Of a DNA stretch of 64,000 bases, positions 1 through 11,342 are shown piece after piece. The notes below the pieces were generated by a model. That model searched no databases, had not been told where the DNA came from, and worked only from the letters and a program-made list of their open reading frames with translations. Every line of letters begins with the position of its first letter. Position 1 is the stretch's first letter. Both the position numbers and the translations under genes were made by a program. The stretch comes from Gammaproteobacteria bacterium (GTDB lineage: Bacteria; Pseudomonadota; Gammaproteobacteria; UBA4575), in the NCBI GenBank assembly GCA_965221955.1, contig CBDCTA010000003.1, positions 34,277-98,276 of the forward strand. The letters are read 5' to 3'.

Positions 1-2236
1 TTATAAGTACCGTAATAGGCTGAATTTCATAGTTAATAGTTTGGACATTGCCAGGATAGAGTGTAATTTTTCTTTTAGTCTCGTCATAATGTAATAACTC
101 ATTACTTCTGGAACGGATGCCAATTAAGTACGTGTGAAAAGCATCCAGTGGTAACACAGTTTCTTTGCCTATCTTGGTGTAGCCACGCGGCTGTCCATTT
201 ACGAAAATTTCAAAAGATTCTCCTTTGGGTTGTCCTTGAAGATTTAAAACAACACTGCTCGTAGCATTCCGGTTTCCGCCAAACGCAAATTGATCACCGT
301 CAGATACAATATTTGTGGTTTGTGCACCACGAAAGCGTGTAAAACCACCACGATTTTCGTCATCCACAAATTCAAATTGCATATCAGCACGACCATATGA
401 AGAGCTGCTTTCTGTGCGTAACCCAATCGTTGAGCGTTCTAAATCTTCTGATAAAAATCCACCATAGGTAAATCTTCCATAATCTTCATGTTCATGAGTG
501 CTCGTTAATCCCGCAAACAACAATGCACCTTGGTCGGTTTCATCATTGGTTTCTTTTACCAAATAACTAGGACGAACACTTAGAAATTGTCCTGGTTTAG
601 TTCTTGTGATGCGTAATCCAGACTGTATGCGATAGTCGTCTTCTTCATAAGACGCGCCGAAATTGAGTTCAATCGAGTAGCGATTGCGCTGAAAAATTGG
701 ATAGCGATAATCGAGTCCATACAGTGTTCTAGAATCTTCATCTTGCTTATCGTTATATTGCGAGCGCAATGTCATTTGCCCTTTGCCTAAAGGGATGCTT
801 GCTGAAATATTTCCTTGATTAAAATCATTGGGTAGGATGCGTGTATCGATACTTTGATCAAATTCTGTTCGTCCTGACTCGACGGTTCGGTAATCAAAAT
901 TGAGTGCGAGATTTTCACGTCGGTACTGCCCCAAAAAATGTAGGCCTCGCTCATTGTCTGTGCCCAGCATAATAGAATTTTGTAAAAGTAGGCCTGGAGC
1001 GAAATAACTTAAGCTGCCTTGTAATAAATCTATATCTGCAGAATGTAGAAATTCAATGGAGCCACCTAAATGATTTTCTAAACGGTAAGCTGTACCAATC
1101 CGCACAAGTTCGCTATCTGAAATGTCGGGTAAACCACCTTCAGAGTCATCCTTTTCTAGTAAGCCAAGTTCTACAAAGTGTAGTGGTTGATCTTGTGGTG
1201 GCAAGATTGCAGTTTTAACAAAAAAATACTGCTCCTCTCGAGTGTTGCCCGTTGTATCTGTGATTCTCAATGTAATGGGGTACGATCCAGAAGGTAAACG
1301 TAAAGTATCTAATTGTTGGTTACCTGCATCATATATGCCACCGTCAATGAGCTTTCCATCTTTAAAAACTTCGATTTGGCTTCGTGAGTTTAGAAACAAA
1401 TATATTTCCGTGGCTTGTGAGTAATCTAAATCAGTACGCGTTTTGGTTGAGCTATATATTCGTGTACCTACTAAATCTAAATTATTCGTAAACGAGGTAA
1501 ATCGAATATTTGAGTTAAAATAACCTAACTCTTTAGCAATTCCAGCATTGTCATTTTGTAGCGATAAAGTTTCTACACTGAAGTCACGTGTGTCGGAATA
1601 GTCCCACTGAGTCTGAAATCGTGATTGCCCATACGAAATGATGTGATTTGCAGCTGTTGTAAATGTGATATCACCATCTTCTCCACTAAAGCTGTTAGAA
1701 AAAGCATTTACACTTGAAAAAGATGGTGTGTTGATTTGAGGTAAAAATTTGTTAGATACGATTCCTTGAGGTTGTAGCTGTAGACGGTTCACAAATACGT
1801 GAAGGTGAAATCTGCTTTCATCAAAAATAACTCCAGCTATGGAAGGTTGAATAACTCCGCATTCGCGTTGTAATTCTGTTAAACAAACCTCACTCGCATT
1901 CGTATTCAGTGGGCCGGATAATGCTTGGCTGATTATTTCTGGATTAATTACATGTGGAATTAATAGCGCAACTTCTTCTGGCGATGTTAATTCGATACTC
2001 TCAGGTGTATAGGTTGCAATGGTGTTGCCAATTTTCTCATTACCATAATAGATATCAATCTCAGTAGTTTGGGGCTGCACAAGATCTTCAAACCCAGGCG
2101 GTGGTGCATCTTTAACGCGAATTTTTAGCCCATCTTCAGCAAACAACATTTGTGAAGTTAGTATCATGCATGCAGTAAATATTGCACGCACAAGAATACA
2201 TGCGAAGCTAACATAACGTTGCAGTTGTTTCTGCAT
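1..2236 (-). CDS. Outer-membrane usher of an alternate (CS1/Tcf/Ecp-type) chaperone-usher pilus; 3' end truncated by window edge
   Basis: Not in the ORF track because it has no stop in the window. Manual translation from ATG 2236 gives a signal peptide then PPPGFEDLVQPQTTEIDIYYG; near the left edge the same frame reads KITLYPGNVQTINYEIQP. Both are typical of TcfC/EcpC-like ushers. Adjacent to a pilus chaperone. Confidence 0.8.
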   Translation of the reverse strand, partial: MQKQLQRYVSFACILVRAIFTACMILTSQMLFAEDGLKIRVKDAPPPGFEDLVQPQTTEIDIYYGNEKIGNTIATYTPESIELTSPEEVALLIPHVINPEIISQALSGPLNTNASEVCLTELQRECGVIQPSIAGVIFDESRFHLHVFVNRLQLQPQGIVSNKFLPQINTPSFSSVNAFSNSFSGEDGDITFTTAANHIISYGQSRFQTQWDYSDTRDFSVETLSLQNDNAGIAKELGYFNSNIRFTSFTNNLDLVGTRIYSSTKTRTDLDYSQATEIYLFLNSRSQIEVFKDGKLIDGGIYDAGNQQLDTLRLPSGSYPITLRITDTTGNTREEQYFFVKTAILPPQDQPLHFVELGLLEKDDSEGGLPDISDSELVRIGTAYRLENHLGGSIEFLHSADIDLLQGSLSYFAPGLLLQNSIMLGTDNERGLHFLGQYRRENLALNFDYRTVESGRTEFDQSIDTRILPNDFNQGNISASIPLGKGQMTLRSQYNDKQDEDSRTLYGLDYRYPIFQRNRYSIELNFGASYEEDDYRIQSGLRITRTKPGQFLSVRPSYLVKETNDETDQGALLFAGLTSTHEHEDYGRFTYGGFLSEDLERSTIGLRTESSSSYGRADMQFEFVDDENRGGFTRFRGAQTTNIVSDGDQFAFGGNRNATSSVVLNLQGQPKGESFEIFVNGQPRGYTKIGKETVLPLDAFHTYLIGIRSRSNELLHYDETKRKITLYPGNVQTINYEIQPITVLI

Positions 2237-2266
2237 TAGCGATGTTTGAGTTATAGGCCGAAGAGA

Positions 2267-3006
2267 TTACTTGTAGGTTGTAACCGAGTTTTTGGTTCCT
2301 ATGCTCATTTGATATTCAACAGGTTTGTCGAAAGGGAGCTCTACTGACCAATTGTTTCCAGGGTATAAGCGTTTACCTCGCAAACTTTCACAATCGTCAG
2401 AATCTGTGGATGAGCTTGGACATTGTTTGCCTTCACGCAACAATACATTTGTGTTTCCTTCATTTGCAAAAGAAAGTGTCTTGCCGTCGCGTTTAACAAC
2501 CAAGTTTGGTTCTGGAGTAGCTGGTTGCATCAATAAAAGCACTTCATAACCAATTAATATTTTTATTCCAATTTGTTCAGACTCTAAATCACCCACGACT
2601 GGTTTAAAAGTTACGCGATACACACGTTCTTTATTGCCAAGTGGCTCAAGAGACACAAGACGCACTAACTTACGTCCACCTGGAGGAACAACTATTTTGT
2701 TTGGTGTAACAAGTAAACCTGATTCGCGAGGATCAGTAATCGTTATACGTTCCTCGTTTTCAGAGCCAGGCTCAGAAACAATAGCAGGAGTTATTTCTAC
2801 ATACAGATTTTCAGAACTCGGGTTTTGAACTTCAATGTCTTTGCGCAAAGGTTTGCCGGGTTCAAAGTGGACAATTGCATCACTCAAGATCATATTTGCA
2901 AATACAGGGGAAGCATGGGTGCGGCAAATAGCAAACAAATCATCATCGCTAAAGCCATGTGTGGAATAGAAGTCTGTAGGTTTAATTTTTTCAGTTTTAT
3001 AGACAT
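2267..3006 (-). CDS. Fimbrial chaperone (EcpB/TcfA-like); signal peptide frameshifted near 2910
   Basis: ORF 2267..2938 has chaperone motifs (LLVTPNKIVVPPG, ERVYRVTFKP, NEGNTNV). The hydrophobic signal peptide (MSIKLKK..MALAMMICLLFAAPM) lies in the adjacent frame from ATG 3006. Confidence 0.8.
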
Positions 3007-3304
3007 TAGGGCACGGTCCTTGGTTATATTGTACTCATTACTCATATACACGGGATTAGAGTGTCTAATTGACTGAATTTCCAACAAAAATTGCCAGAAT
3101 GCACATTTGATTGGTTGGTTGGAATAATGCATAGAGTGATGCTCTGTAGGCGTTGAACATGAGCAGTTCATCGTCATAAGCGATGCGTTTATCTGGCCCG
3201 CAAGCTTATTTTTGCTCCCCACAAAATTTCAGATTGTGAGCATGTTTTTGCCATTTTTGCCCATTAGGCTGGATGCATTCACTACTAAATAAGCTGGAAA
3301 TAAC

Positions 3305-4822
3305 ATGATTTATGGGGTGCTTTTTTTGCTCATTATGCTTGCGGTTCTTGTAGGTATTGGGTTTCTAATTTATTTACTAGTCCGAAAAATTCAACAATCA
3401 AATGTGCATGCTATGAATAATGAAAATACTGAATCTGGAAATCACTCAAGCAAGAAAGCTAGAAATATTAATGACACATTAACCATGCGAGCCGTCATCG
3501 TAGCTGTGATTGCATTGGTGATGCTGATTCCGATGGTGATGATGCAGGGAGTGGTGGATGAGCGAAACGGATTGTATCGAAATGTGCTGCATGACATTGC
3601 TAGCACCTGGGGTGGACAACAGTTGTTGCAAGGTCCAATGCTAGTAGTTCCATTTATAGAAAAGCATGTTAATCGAGAAACCACCAGAGATAAAAATGGT
3701 GAAGAGAAAATAAAAACCAAAACAACTTATTTAACAAAATACGCAATTCATTTACCAAAAGATTTAAAAATTAATGTTGATTTAGCAGAACAACATCGCA
3801 AGCGAGGGATTTATAAATCATTAGTCTATGCAGCAGAGCTTTCGATAGAGGGAAGTTTTGATCAATTAGATATCGAAAACATGTCTGATCATATTCATCG
3901 TATTGATTGGGAGAAAGCTTATTTAGTTTTAGGTTTATCCGATACGCGCGCTATTAATGAAGTTTCTTCTTTAAACTGGAATGGAAGTGAGATTGGTTAT
4001 TCACCTGGTACAAAAGTTACGGATTTAATTAGTCATGGGTTTCACGCCAATATTAAAAGTCTGAGTTTTGCAAAAGAATCACATGAATTTAGTACAAAAA
4101 TTTCAATAAATGGTAGCCAAGGCTTTCGTTTTGCGCCGTTTGGTGAAAATACAACGGTCAATATGCAATCCAGTTGGCCACACCCTAGTTTTCAAGGCAT
4201 GACCTTGCCAACTCATCATGAAATTACCGATACTGGATTTACTTCAGAGTGGACCATCCCCCATCTGGCACGAAATTATCCTCAGTCATGGGTGCTTGGA
4301 AATGCAAGTTATCATTTAGAGGAATTTGTAGCGGGGGTAGATTTGTTTGAACCTGTATTTTTATATTCAAAAATGACACGTGCAGTGAAGTATGGAATTT
4401 TATTTATCGGCTTAACTTTTTTAACGTTTCTTATTTTTGAGCTCACCATGCAAGCACGTTTGCATTATGTACAATATGGTTTGATCGGTGTGGCATTGGC
4501 CATTTTCTATCTAGTTTTATTATCGATTGCTGAGCACACAACTTTTTTAAATGCCTACATCATAGCGGCTTTAATTAATATTGGTCTCATCACTTTATAT
4601 ACCGCTGCTGCACTTAAAAATTGGTCCAGGGCATGTATTATTTTTGTGCTACTCGCTGCACTCTACACTGTATTGTATTCACTGCTGCAATTAGAAGACT
4701 ATGCGCTATTAATGGGTACGATGCTGATATTATCTGTGCTGATGGTGTTGATGTATGTCACGCGGAATCTGCGCGTGAATGCATCAAATGCAGATCAGAT
4801 TCCACATTTAGGTAATGGATAA
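3305..4822 (+). CDS. creD: Inner membrane protein CreD
   Basis: RKRGIY, RAVKYGILFIGLTF, HYVQYGLIG and LEDYALLMG motifs; C-terminal transmembrane helices. Confidence 0.92.
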   Translation: MIYGVLFLLIMLAVLVGIGFLIYLLVRKIQQSNVHAMNNENTESGNHSSKKARNINDTLTMRAVIVAVIALVMLIPMVMMQGVVDERNGLYRNVLHDIASTWGGQQLLQGPMLVVPFIEKHVNRETTRDKNGEEKIKTKTTYLTKYAIHLPKDLKINVDLAEQHRKRGIYKSLVYAAELSIEGSFDQLDIENMSDHIHRIDWEKAYLVLGLSDTRAINEVSSLNWNGSEIGYSPGTKVTDLISHGFHANIKSLSFAKESHEFSTKISINGSQGFRFAPFGENTTVNMQSSWPHPSFQGMTLPTHHEITDTGFTSEWTIPHLARNYPQSWVLGNASYHLEEFVAGVDLFEPVFLYSKMTRAVKYGILFIGLTFLTFLIFELTMQARLHYVQYGLIGVALAIFYLVLLSIAEHTTFLNAYIIAALINIGLITLYTAAALKNWSRACIIFVLLAALYTVLYSLLQLEDYALLMGTMLILSVLMVLMYVTRNLRVNASNADQIPHLGNG

Positions 4823-4925
4823 GGGGGGTAAAATACTGCAAAATCCACTCTGCAACATGAACCATTAGTTAACAAACGTAATCTAATGCGTGTAAATTTA
4901 ATTTAACTATGCGGAGTAAATCTAA

Positions 4926-5237
4926 ATGAAGCACTTGGTAGGACTTACTAGTATTTTATTATTATCCCTTTCATCAGTGGTTGTGTATGCGGGTGATGCA
5001 GAAGCAGGAAAAGCAAAATCAGTTACCTGTGCAGCATGTCATGGTGGAGAAGGAATTAGCCCAACCGGTACATGGCCAAACCTTGCGGGACAAAAAGAAG
5101 AATATCTTGCGGCGCAAATGAAAGCATTTCGTGATGGCGCAAGAGATAATGCGCAAATGTCACCAATGGTAGCGAATTTGAGTGACGAAGATATTGCTAA
5201 CCTTGCTGCGTACTATGCGTCTTTAGGCTGTAAGTAA
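4926..5237 (+). CDS. Periplasmic monoheme cytochrome c (c553/c554 type)
   Basis: Signal peptide, CAACH heme motif, PNLAGQ, distal Met. Confidence 0.93.
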   Translation: MKHLVGLTSILLLSLSSVVVYAGDAEAGKAKSVTCAACHGGEGISPTGTWPNLAGQKEEYLAAQMKAFRDGARDNAQMSPMVANLSDEDIANLAAYYASLGCK

Positions 5238-5279
5238 AAATTAGTGAGTAATTTTTACCGCGTTAATTTTTATGGGTGG

Positions 5280-5762
5280 CTACGCTGCGATATAGCGTAG
5301 TCCGCCTGCAACGATAACTACAATCACGCCTAGCAATAAATTAATCCCGATAAACTTGCGGACTTGTGCAAGGTGCTCACTGGCGAGATGAAAATTTTCT
5401 TGTTTGACGGCTTTGCAAAGACGTCTAAAAGGTGCAAAAAACACATGCAAGAAAATTAGAATCATGATCACGCCGATTACTTGCATGACATGAATGTGCC
5501 AACCGACACGTGCCATGCCGCCAAAGTGCTCTACAATCATCCAGTAGCCGGTCGCAGGTAGGGTGATAATGCAAATCCACACCCAAAAGAAAAAACTCGA
5601 AAGTGTTCGTTTCCAAAGCTTCAATCGCTGGGGCATTTCTAAAGCTTTCGCAGCAGCAGGTCTTAATGAGATATAGGCAAAAAACATCCCGCCGACCCAA
5701 ATTACTGCAGCAATCAAATGAGCCGCTACGGCGGCAGGGAAGTAATATGGTTGTAAGTCCAT
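5280..5762 (-). CDS. CopD-family membrane protein
   Basis: HLIAAVIWVGGMFF motif, four transmembrane segments. Confidence 0.75.
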   Translation of the reverse strand: MDLQPYYFPAAVAAHLIAAVIWVGGMFFAYISLRPAAAKALEMPQRLKLWKRTLSSFFFWVWICIITLPATGYWMIVEHFGGMARVGWHIHVMQVIGVIMILIFLHVFFAPFRRLCKAVKQENFHLASEHLAQVRKFIGINLLLGVIVVIVAGGLRYIAA

Positions 5763-5909
5763 TTGTAAGCTCTCTTTTTGTGCGCTTTGTTGTTTCGAGT
5801 GATGGACAGTGAGTCCCTATCTGCAGATAAAGTTTACTGTAAGTTTGCTGCAAATTATATGCTGATAAGCTAAAGTGCAGGCCTGATTTTAGTCAAACGA
5901 AGTTAAAAT

Positions 5910-6608
5910 ATGTCACAAGACAGTGCAGCAACGGATTGGATCGCCCCATCTATTCTCTCAGCTGATTTCGCACGGCTAGGTGAGGAGGTCAAAGCGGTTT
6001 TAGATGCGGGTGCGGATATTATCCATTTTGATGTAATGGATAATCATTATGTGCCGAACCTAACCTTCGGGCCGGTTATATGTAAGGCCTTACGTGACTA
6101 TGGTATACAGGCCCCTATTGATGTGCATTTGATGGTTAAACCTGTCGATCGAATGATTTCAGATTTTGCTGCAGCAGGGGCAAGTTATATTACTTTTCAT
6201 CCCGAAGCCTCAGAGCACATTGATCGCAGTTTGCAGTTAATCCGTGATCAAGGATGTAAAGCGGGTTTGGTGTTTAATCCTGCAACTCCTCTAGATCAAC
6301 TCGAGTACGTCTTGGATAAGATTGATATGGTGTTGCTGATGTCAGTAAATCCTGGCTTTGGTGGGCAAAAGTTTATTCCAGCAATTTTGCAAAAACTTAA
6401 AGCGGCACGAAAAGTCATTGATCAATCTGGTTTGCCGATTCGTTTAGAAATTGATGGTGGTGTTAAAGTAGATAATATTGCTGAAATTAAAGCGGCAGGT
6501 GCGGATACATTTGTTGCGGGTTCGGCAATATTCAATACTAAAGATTATCAAGGTACGATCGCAAAAATGCGCGAACAGCTTGGTATTTCTTCTAAAGTTA
6601 CTTCTTAA
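5910..6608 (+). CDS. rpe: Ribulose-phosphate 3-epimerase
   Basis: [37 protein letters not shown]. Confidence 0.97.
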   Translation: MSQDSAATDWIAPSILSADFARLGEEVKAVLDAGADIIHFDVMDNHYVPNLTFGPVICKALRDYGIQAPIDVHLMVKPVDRMISDFAAAGASYITFHPEASEHIDRSLQLIRDQGCKAGLVFNPATPLDQLEYVLDKIDMVLLMSVNPGFGGQKFIPAILQKLKAARKVIDQSGLPIRLEIDGGVKVDNIAEIKAAGADTFVAGSAIFNTKDYQGTIAKMREQLGISSKVTS

Positions 6609-6619
6609 TATTTTCTGCT

Positions 6620-7306
6620 TTGAATAGTTCTTTAGCGCGAACGCGTTGTGTGATGTTTGATTTAGATGGCACCCTAGTCGATAGTGCACCAGATATAGCA
6701 ATCAGCATGAACAAAATGTTGCAGCAATTAAATTATCCCACACATGATCTTGCACAGGTGCGTGACTGGATGGGAAATGGAGCAACGAAGCTTATTAAGC
6801 GCGCGCTTACTGCGCAGGTGGATGGCGAGCCACCAGAAGCATTATTTAAAAAAGCCCAACAGACGTTTTTTGATCTTTATGACCAACACATTAATGTTGA
6901 AAGTGCCATGTATGCAGGAGCATTAGAGGGTTTAACGATTTTGCGAGAGCAATCCTATATTATGGCTTGTGTTACCAATAAACCCAGAAGGTTTACCCCT
7001 GCTTTATTAGAGGCTTTTGGTTTAGAGCATTATTTTGATTATCTAATCTGCGGTGATGACCTTGCAGTGAAAAAGCCTGATCCTCAAGTATTGCAAAATG
7101 TGTTGCGAGAAGCCGATTTAACCCCCATGCAAGCAGTGATGGTTGGGGACTCCGCCAGTGATATAAAAGCGGCCCGCGCAGCGAATATGAAGTCATTTTG
7201 TGTCCGATATGGATATCATCAGGGCACAGGAGTTGATGCTTTGGGCGCAGACTATATAATCGACTCCATTGAGGAAGTGCCTCAATATCTACTAAATACA
7301 GATTAA
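6620..7306 (+). CDS. gph: Phosphoglycolate phosphatase (HAD)
   Basis: FDLDGTLVDS, KKPDP, MVGDS; located between rpe and trpE. Confidence 0.93.
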   Translation: MNSSLARTRCVMFDLDGTLVDSAPDIAISMNKMLQQLNYPTHDLAQVRDWMGNGATKLIKRALTAQVDGEPPEALFKKAQQTFFDLYDQHINVESAMYAGALEGLTILREQSYIMACVTNKPRRFTPALLEAFGLEHYFDYLICGDDLAVKKPDPQVLQNVLREADLTPMQAVMVGDSASDIKAARAANMKSFCVRYGYHQGTGVDALGADYIIDSIEEVPQYLLNTD

Positions 7307-7319
7307 GGAAAACTTTTCA

Positions 7320-7373
7320 GTGATCATCTCTTTACAAAAAGGAATAGCTTGGCTTTTAAGTTGGCGTAGCTAG
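7320..7373 (+). CDS. Putative trp leader peptide MIISLQKGIAWLLSWRS (17 aa)
   Basis: GTG start 9 nt after AAGGAA; TGG codons at 7350 and 7362; stop lies 55 nt before trpE. Confidence 0.6.
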   Translation: MIISLQKGIAWLLSWRS

Positions 7374-7413
7374 TACGTAACTGGCTAACCTGGCGTACGC
7401 GCTGTTCTTTTTT
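7362..7413 (+). promoter_or_regulatory. Putative trp attenuator hairpin with U-tract
   Basis: AGC-TA-GTACG (7368-7377) pairs with CGTAC-GC-GCT (7394-7403), followed by GTTCTTTTTT. Confidence 0.5.
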
Positions 7414-7428
7414 CGATTTGGAGATGAT

Positions 7429-8895
7429 ATGGATTCCGCACAATTTGATTTACTAAAAAGCCAAGGCTACACCTGCATTCCGCTGGTGCGCGAAGTATTG
7501 GCTGATCTTGATACCCCATTGAGTGCTTATTTAAAGCTCGCGCATCAACCGTATACCTATTTATTTGAATCGGTTCAGGGTGGCGAACGATGGGGTCGAT
7601 ACTCCTTTATAGGTTTGTCATGCGCTGAACGCATTAAAGTGTTTGGTAATAAAGTAGTGCACGAAATTAATGGCGAGTTTCGCAAACAACAAGTTGATAA
7701 CCCGCTTGATTGGGTGCAGAAGTTTTTAAAGCAATTTCATGTACCAGAAATTTCAGACCTGCCGCGTTTCACGGGCGGAGTGGTAGGCTATTTTGGATAT
7801 GAAACCATACAATATATTGAGCCTCGTTTAAAAACTGCAGCAAAACCTGACGTATTACAAGCTCCTGATATTTTTTTGATGGTGTCTAAAGAGTTAGTGG
7901 TGTTTGATAATTTAAGTGGCAAGATATTTTTAATTGTTCATGTTGATCCAAAAGATGAACAAGCACTAGAACAGGGCGAACAAAGGCTTGATGTACTTGC
8001 AGAAAGGTTGCATCACTCTGTGCCTAATCTTAATTCAGACTCATCTTCATCTGAAGTCAAGTTCGTTTCAGAATTTTCAGAAGATGAATTTAAACATGCG
8101 GTAGATGCGACGCGTGAATACATTCGTGCAGGTGATGTAATGCAAGTTGTATTATCACAAAGACAAAGCACAGATTTTACGGTTGCACCGATCAATTTAT
8201 ACCGAAGTTTGCGAAGTTTAAATCCTTCTCCTTATATGTATTACATGAATATGGAGGATTTTTATATTGTTGGTTCTTCTCCTGAAATTTTAGTTCGTCT
8301 AGAAGAAGATGAGGTGACAGTTCGGCCTATTGCTGGTACACGTCCGCGTGGTAAAGATGCGCAACAAGATCATGAATTAGAAATGGAATTGTTAGCTGAC
8401 CCTAAAGAGCTAGCCGAGCATTTAATGTTGATTGATCTTGGTCGTAATGATGTGGGTCGAGTGGCGCAAACAGGCAGCGTAATGTTGACCGACAAAATGA
8501 TCATTGAGCGTTATTCGCATGTTATGCATATTGTTTCAAATGTAATCGGTAAATTAACGAACAAGCTAGATGCGGTCGATGTATTAAAAGCAACGTTTCC
8601 GGCAGGCACCGTAAGCGGCGCACCAAAAATTCGCGCTATGGAAATTATTGATGAGTTTGAACCCACGAAACGCGGTATTTATTCAGGTGCAGTAGGCTAT
8701 ATTTCTTGGGATGGCAATATGGATACGGCTATTGCGATTCGCACAGCAGTCATAAAGGATGAAAAACTCTATATTCAAGCTGGAGCAGGGATTGTTTATG
8801 ATTCCAATCCTGATAATGAGTGGATCGAAACCAATAATAAAGCGGGCGCGATGAAAAAGGCTGCTGAACTTGCAAGTTTAATTAACCAAAAGTGA
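7429..8895 (+). CDS. trpE: Anthranilate synthase component I
   Basis: LFESV, NPSPYM, RPIAGT, AEHLMLIDLGRND, GTVSGAPK. Confidence 0.97.
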   Translation: MDSAQFDLLKSQGYTCIPLVREVLADLDTPLSAYLKLAHQPYTYLFESVQGGERWGRYSFIGLSCAERIKVFGNKVVHEINGEFRKQQVDNPLDWVQKFLKQFHVPEISDLPRFTGGVVGYFGYETIQYIEPRLKTAAKPDVLQAPDIFLMVSKELVVFDNLSGKIFLIVHVDPKDEQALEQGEQRLDVLAERLHHSVPNLNSDSSSSEVKFVSEFSEDEFKHAVDATREYIRAGDVMQVVLSQRQSTDFTVAPINLYRSLRSLNPSPYMYYMNMEDFYIVGSSPEILVRLEEDEVTVRPIAGTRPRGKDAQQDHELEMELLADPKELAEHLMLIDLGRNDVGRVAQTGSVMLTDKMIIERYSHVMHIVSNVIGKLTNKLDAVDVLKATFPAGTVSGAPKIRAMEIIDEFEPTKRGIYSGAVGYISWDGNMDTAIAIRTAVIKDEKLYIQAGAGIVYDSNPDNEWIETNNKAGAMKKAAELASLINQK

Positions 8896-8904
8896 ATTAA
8901 CATC

Positions 8905-9486
8905 ATGATATTAATGATCGACAACTATGATTCATTCACTTACAACCTAGTGCAATACTTAGGTGAGATTGGTGAGGAAGTGAAAGTGGTACGCAATGAT
9001 CAAATTGGCGTTAAAGAAATTAAAATGCTTCAGCCAGATCATATTGTCATTTCGCCAGGCCCATGCACACCAAATGAGGCGGGAGTTTCATTAGAAACCA
9101 TTACCGCACTAGGTGGAGAAATTCCTATTTTAGGTGTGTGTTTAGGCCATCAAAGTATTGGCCAAGCCTACGGTGGTAAGATCGTTAAAGCCCAACAGGT
9201 GATGCACGGTAAAACTTCATTGGTTCATCATCACAATAAACATGTATTTGAAAAGTGTGATAACCCTTTTACTGCAACGCGTTATCACTCGCTCGTTATC
9301 GAAAAACAATCTATTCCAGATTGTTTGGAAATCACAGCCTGGACAGAAAATGAATCAGGCGAGTTAGATGAAATTATGGGAGTACGGCATAAACAATTTG
9401 CTGTTGAAGGTGTGCAGTTTCATCCTGAATCAATACTTACGGATTTTGGTCATCATTTGTTAACTAACTTTGTTCGGCAAAACTAA
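8905..9486 (+). CDS. trpG: Anthranilate synthase component II (glutamine amidotransferase)
   Basis: [27 protein letters not shown]. Confidence 0.95.
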   Translation: MILMIDNYDSFTYNLVQYLGEIGEEVKVVRNDQIGVKEIKMLQPDHIVISPGPCTPNEAGVSLETITALGGEIPILGVCLGHQSIGQAYGGKIVKAQQVMHGKTSLVHHHNKHVFEKCDNPFTATRYHSLVIEKQSIPDCLEITAWTENESGELDEIMGVRHKQFAVEGVQFHPESILTDFGHHLLTNFVRQN

Positions 9487-9495
9487 AAAATAACT

Positions 9496-10515
9496 ATGGA
9501 TATTCAACAAGCAATCAACACCGTAATTGAAGGCAATGATCTCGCTAGAGATGATATGACAACCGTGATGCGCACAGTGATGTCAGGCGAAGCAACTCCC
9601 GCACAAGTAGCAGGTTTACTCGTCGCATTGCGCATGAAAGGTGAAGCGGTTGAAGAGCTCACAGCCGCAGCTTCAGTAATGCGTGAACTTTCAGCAAAAG
9701 TTAATGTATCAACCGAAAACCTAGTCGATACTTGCGGTACAGGTGGTGATGCTAAAAGTACCTTTAATGTTTCCACAACCGCAGCTTTTGTCGTTGCTGC
9801 AGCAGGTGCGAAAGTGGCGAAGCATGGTAATCGTTCTGTATCCAGTAAAAGTGGCAGCGCTGATTTATTAGAAGCGGCGGGGGTGAATTTACAATTAACG
9901 CCTGAACAAGTTGCCCAGTGTATTGAAGAAGTGGGCATAGGTTTTTTATTTGCGCCTGCACATCATAGTGCGATGAAGCATGCTATTGGCCCACGTAAAG
10001 AGTTAGGCACACGCACCATGTTTAATTTGCTTGGTCCCCTTACAAATCCCGCAAATGCGCCTCATCAAGTCTTGGGTGTGTTTAGCGCACAATGGGTAGA
10101 GCCTTTAGCCAATGTATTAAAGTCTTTAGGTAGCAAGCATGTATTAGTGGTGCATGCAGAAGATGGTTTAGATGAAATTAGTATTGCGAGTGGGACAACA
10201 ATTTCAGAATTAAAAGATGGTTCAGTCACTCGCTATAACATTGCCCCAAAACAGTTTGGCATACAGGAGAGTAGTCTTGCGGATATCGTCGCTAGCGATG
10301 TCTCACAAAGCTTGCAAATCGTGAATAGTGTTTTTGATAATCAAGTCGGTGCGGCTTTAGATATCGTAAAACTCAATGCAGGGGCGGCCATTTACGCCAG
10401 TGATAAAGCTACGAGCTTAGAAGAAGGTGTGCAGCTTGCAGCTGAGGCAATTGCCAGTGGTGCCGCAAAAAACAAATTCCAACAATATATCGAACTAACA
10501 AAAAGTATGAGTTAA
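9496..10515 (+). CDS. trpD: Anthranilate phosphoribosyltransferase
   Basis: [29 protein letters not shown]. Confidence 0.97.
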   Translation: MDIQQAINTVIEGNDLARDDMTTVMRTVMSGEATPAQVAGLLVALRMKGEAVEELTAAASVMRELSAKVNVSTENLVDTCGTGGDAKSTFNVSTTAAFVVAAAGAKVAKHGNRSVSSKSGSADLLEAAGVNLQLTPEQVAQCIEEVGIGFLFAPAHHSAMKHAIGPRKELGTRTMFNLLGPLTNPANAPHQVLGVFSAQWVEPLANVLKSLGSKHVLVVHAEDGLDEISIASGTTISELKDGSVTRYNIAPKQFGIQESSLADIVASDVSQSLQIVNSVFDNQVGAALDIVKLNAGAAIYASDKATSLEEGVQLAAEAIASGAAKNKFQQYIELTKSMS

Positions 10516-10520
10516 AGACA

Positions 10521-11315
10521 ATGGATCAGCCTGAAATACTCACAAAAATTATAGAACATAAAAAGAAAGAACTTGTAGAACGCAAGCTGCACATGCCACT
10601 TGAAAAATTTCAAGAAATGGCGAAAGAAGCACCTGCCCCACGTGGTTTTGAAAGAGCTTTGCGCGGTGCTCAAGCGGCAAAACGGCCCGGGGTGATTGCA
10701 GAAATTAAACGCGCTTCACCCAGTAAGGGTATTTTGCGGGAAAACTTTAACCCGATGGAAATTGCAGCCAGTTACCAAATGAATGGTGCGACGTGTGTAT
10801 CGATATTAACCGACAGTGAATTCTTTAAAGGTTCTTGTGCTATTTTAGAATTGTCTCGTAAAACCTGTTGGCTGCCTATATTGCGCAAAGACTTTATTAT
10901 TGATCCTTATCAAGTATATGAAACGCGTGCAGTAGATGCAGATTGCTTGTTATTAATTGTTGCTGCACTTGAAGATGAACAAATCGCAGAACTTTATGCA
11001 CTTGGCAAAGAATTAGGTTTAGATGTTTTAGTGGAAGTCCACAATGAAGAAGAAATGGATCGTGCTCTCAAACTCGAACCAACCATGATAGGCATTAACA
11101 ACCGTGATTTGCACACTTTTGATGTATCGCTAGATACAACATTTAATCTGCTTTCTAAAATACCTGGAGATTGTCATATAGTGACTGAAAGTGGTATTCA
11201 CACTAAAGAGGACATTGCGCTTATGACCGAAAAAGGTGTGAATTCCTTTTTAGTGGGTGAAGCCTTTATGGTTGCAGAGAATCCAGGCGCTAAACTGAAA
11301 CAGCTGTTCTTCTAG
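10521..11315 (+). CDS. trpC: Indole-3-glycerol-phosphate synthase
   Basis: IAEIKRASPSKG, LRKDFI, GINNRDL, ESGI. Confidence 0.97.
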   Translation: MDQPEILTKIIEHKKKELVERKLHMPLEKFQEMAKEAPAPRGFERALRGAQAAKRPGVIAEIKRASPSKGILRENFNPMEIAASYQMNGATCVSILTDSEFFKGSCAILELSRKTCWLPILRKDFIIDPYQVYETRAVDADCLLLIVAALEDEQIAELYALGKELGLDVLVEVHNEEEMDRALKLEPTMIGINNRDLHTFDVSLDTTFNLLSKIPGDCHIVTESGIHTKEDIALMTEKGVNSFLVGEAFMVAENPGAKLKQLFF

Positions 11316-11342
11316 TTTACAAATACAAATTCGAGGTAAAAC

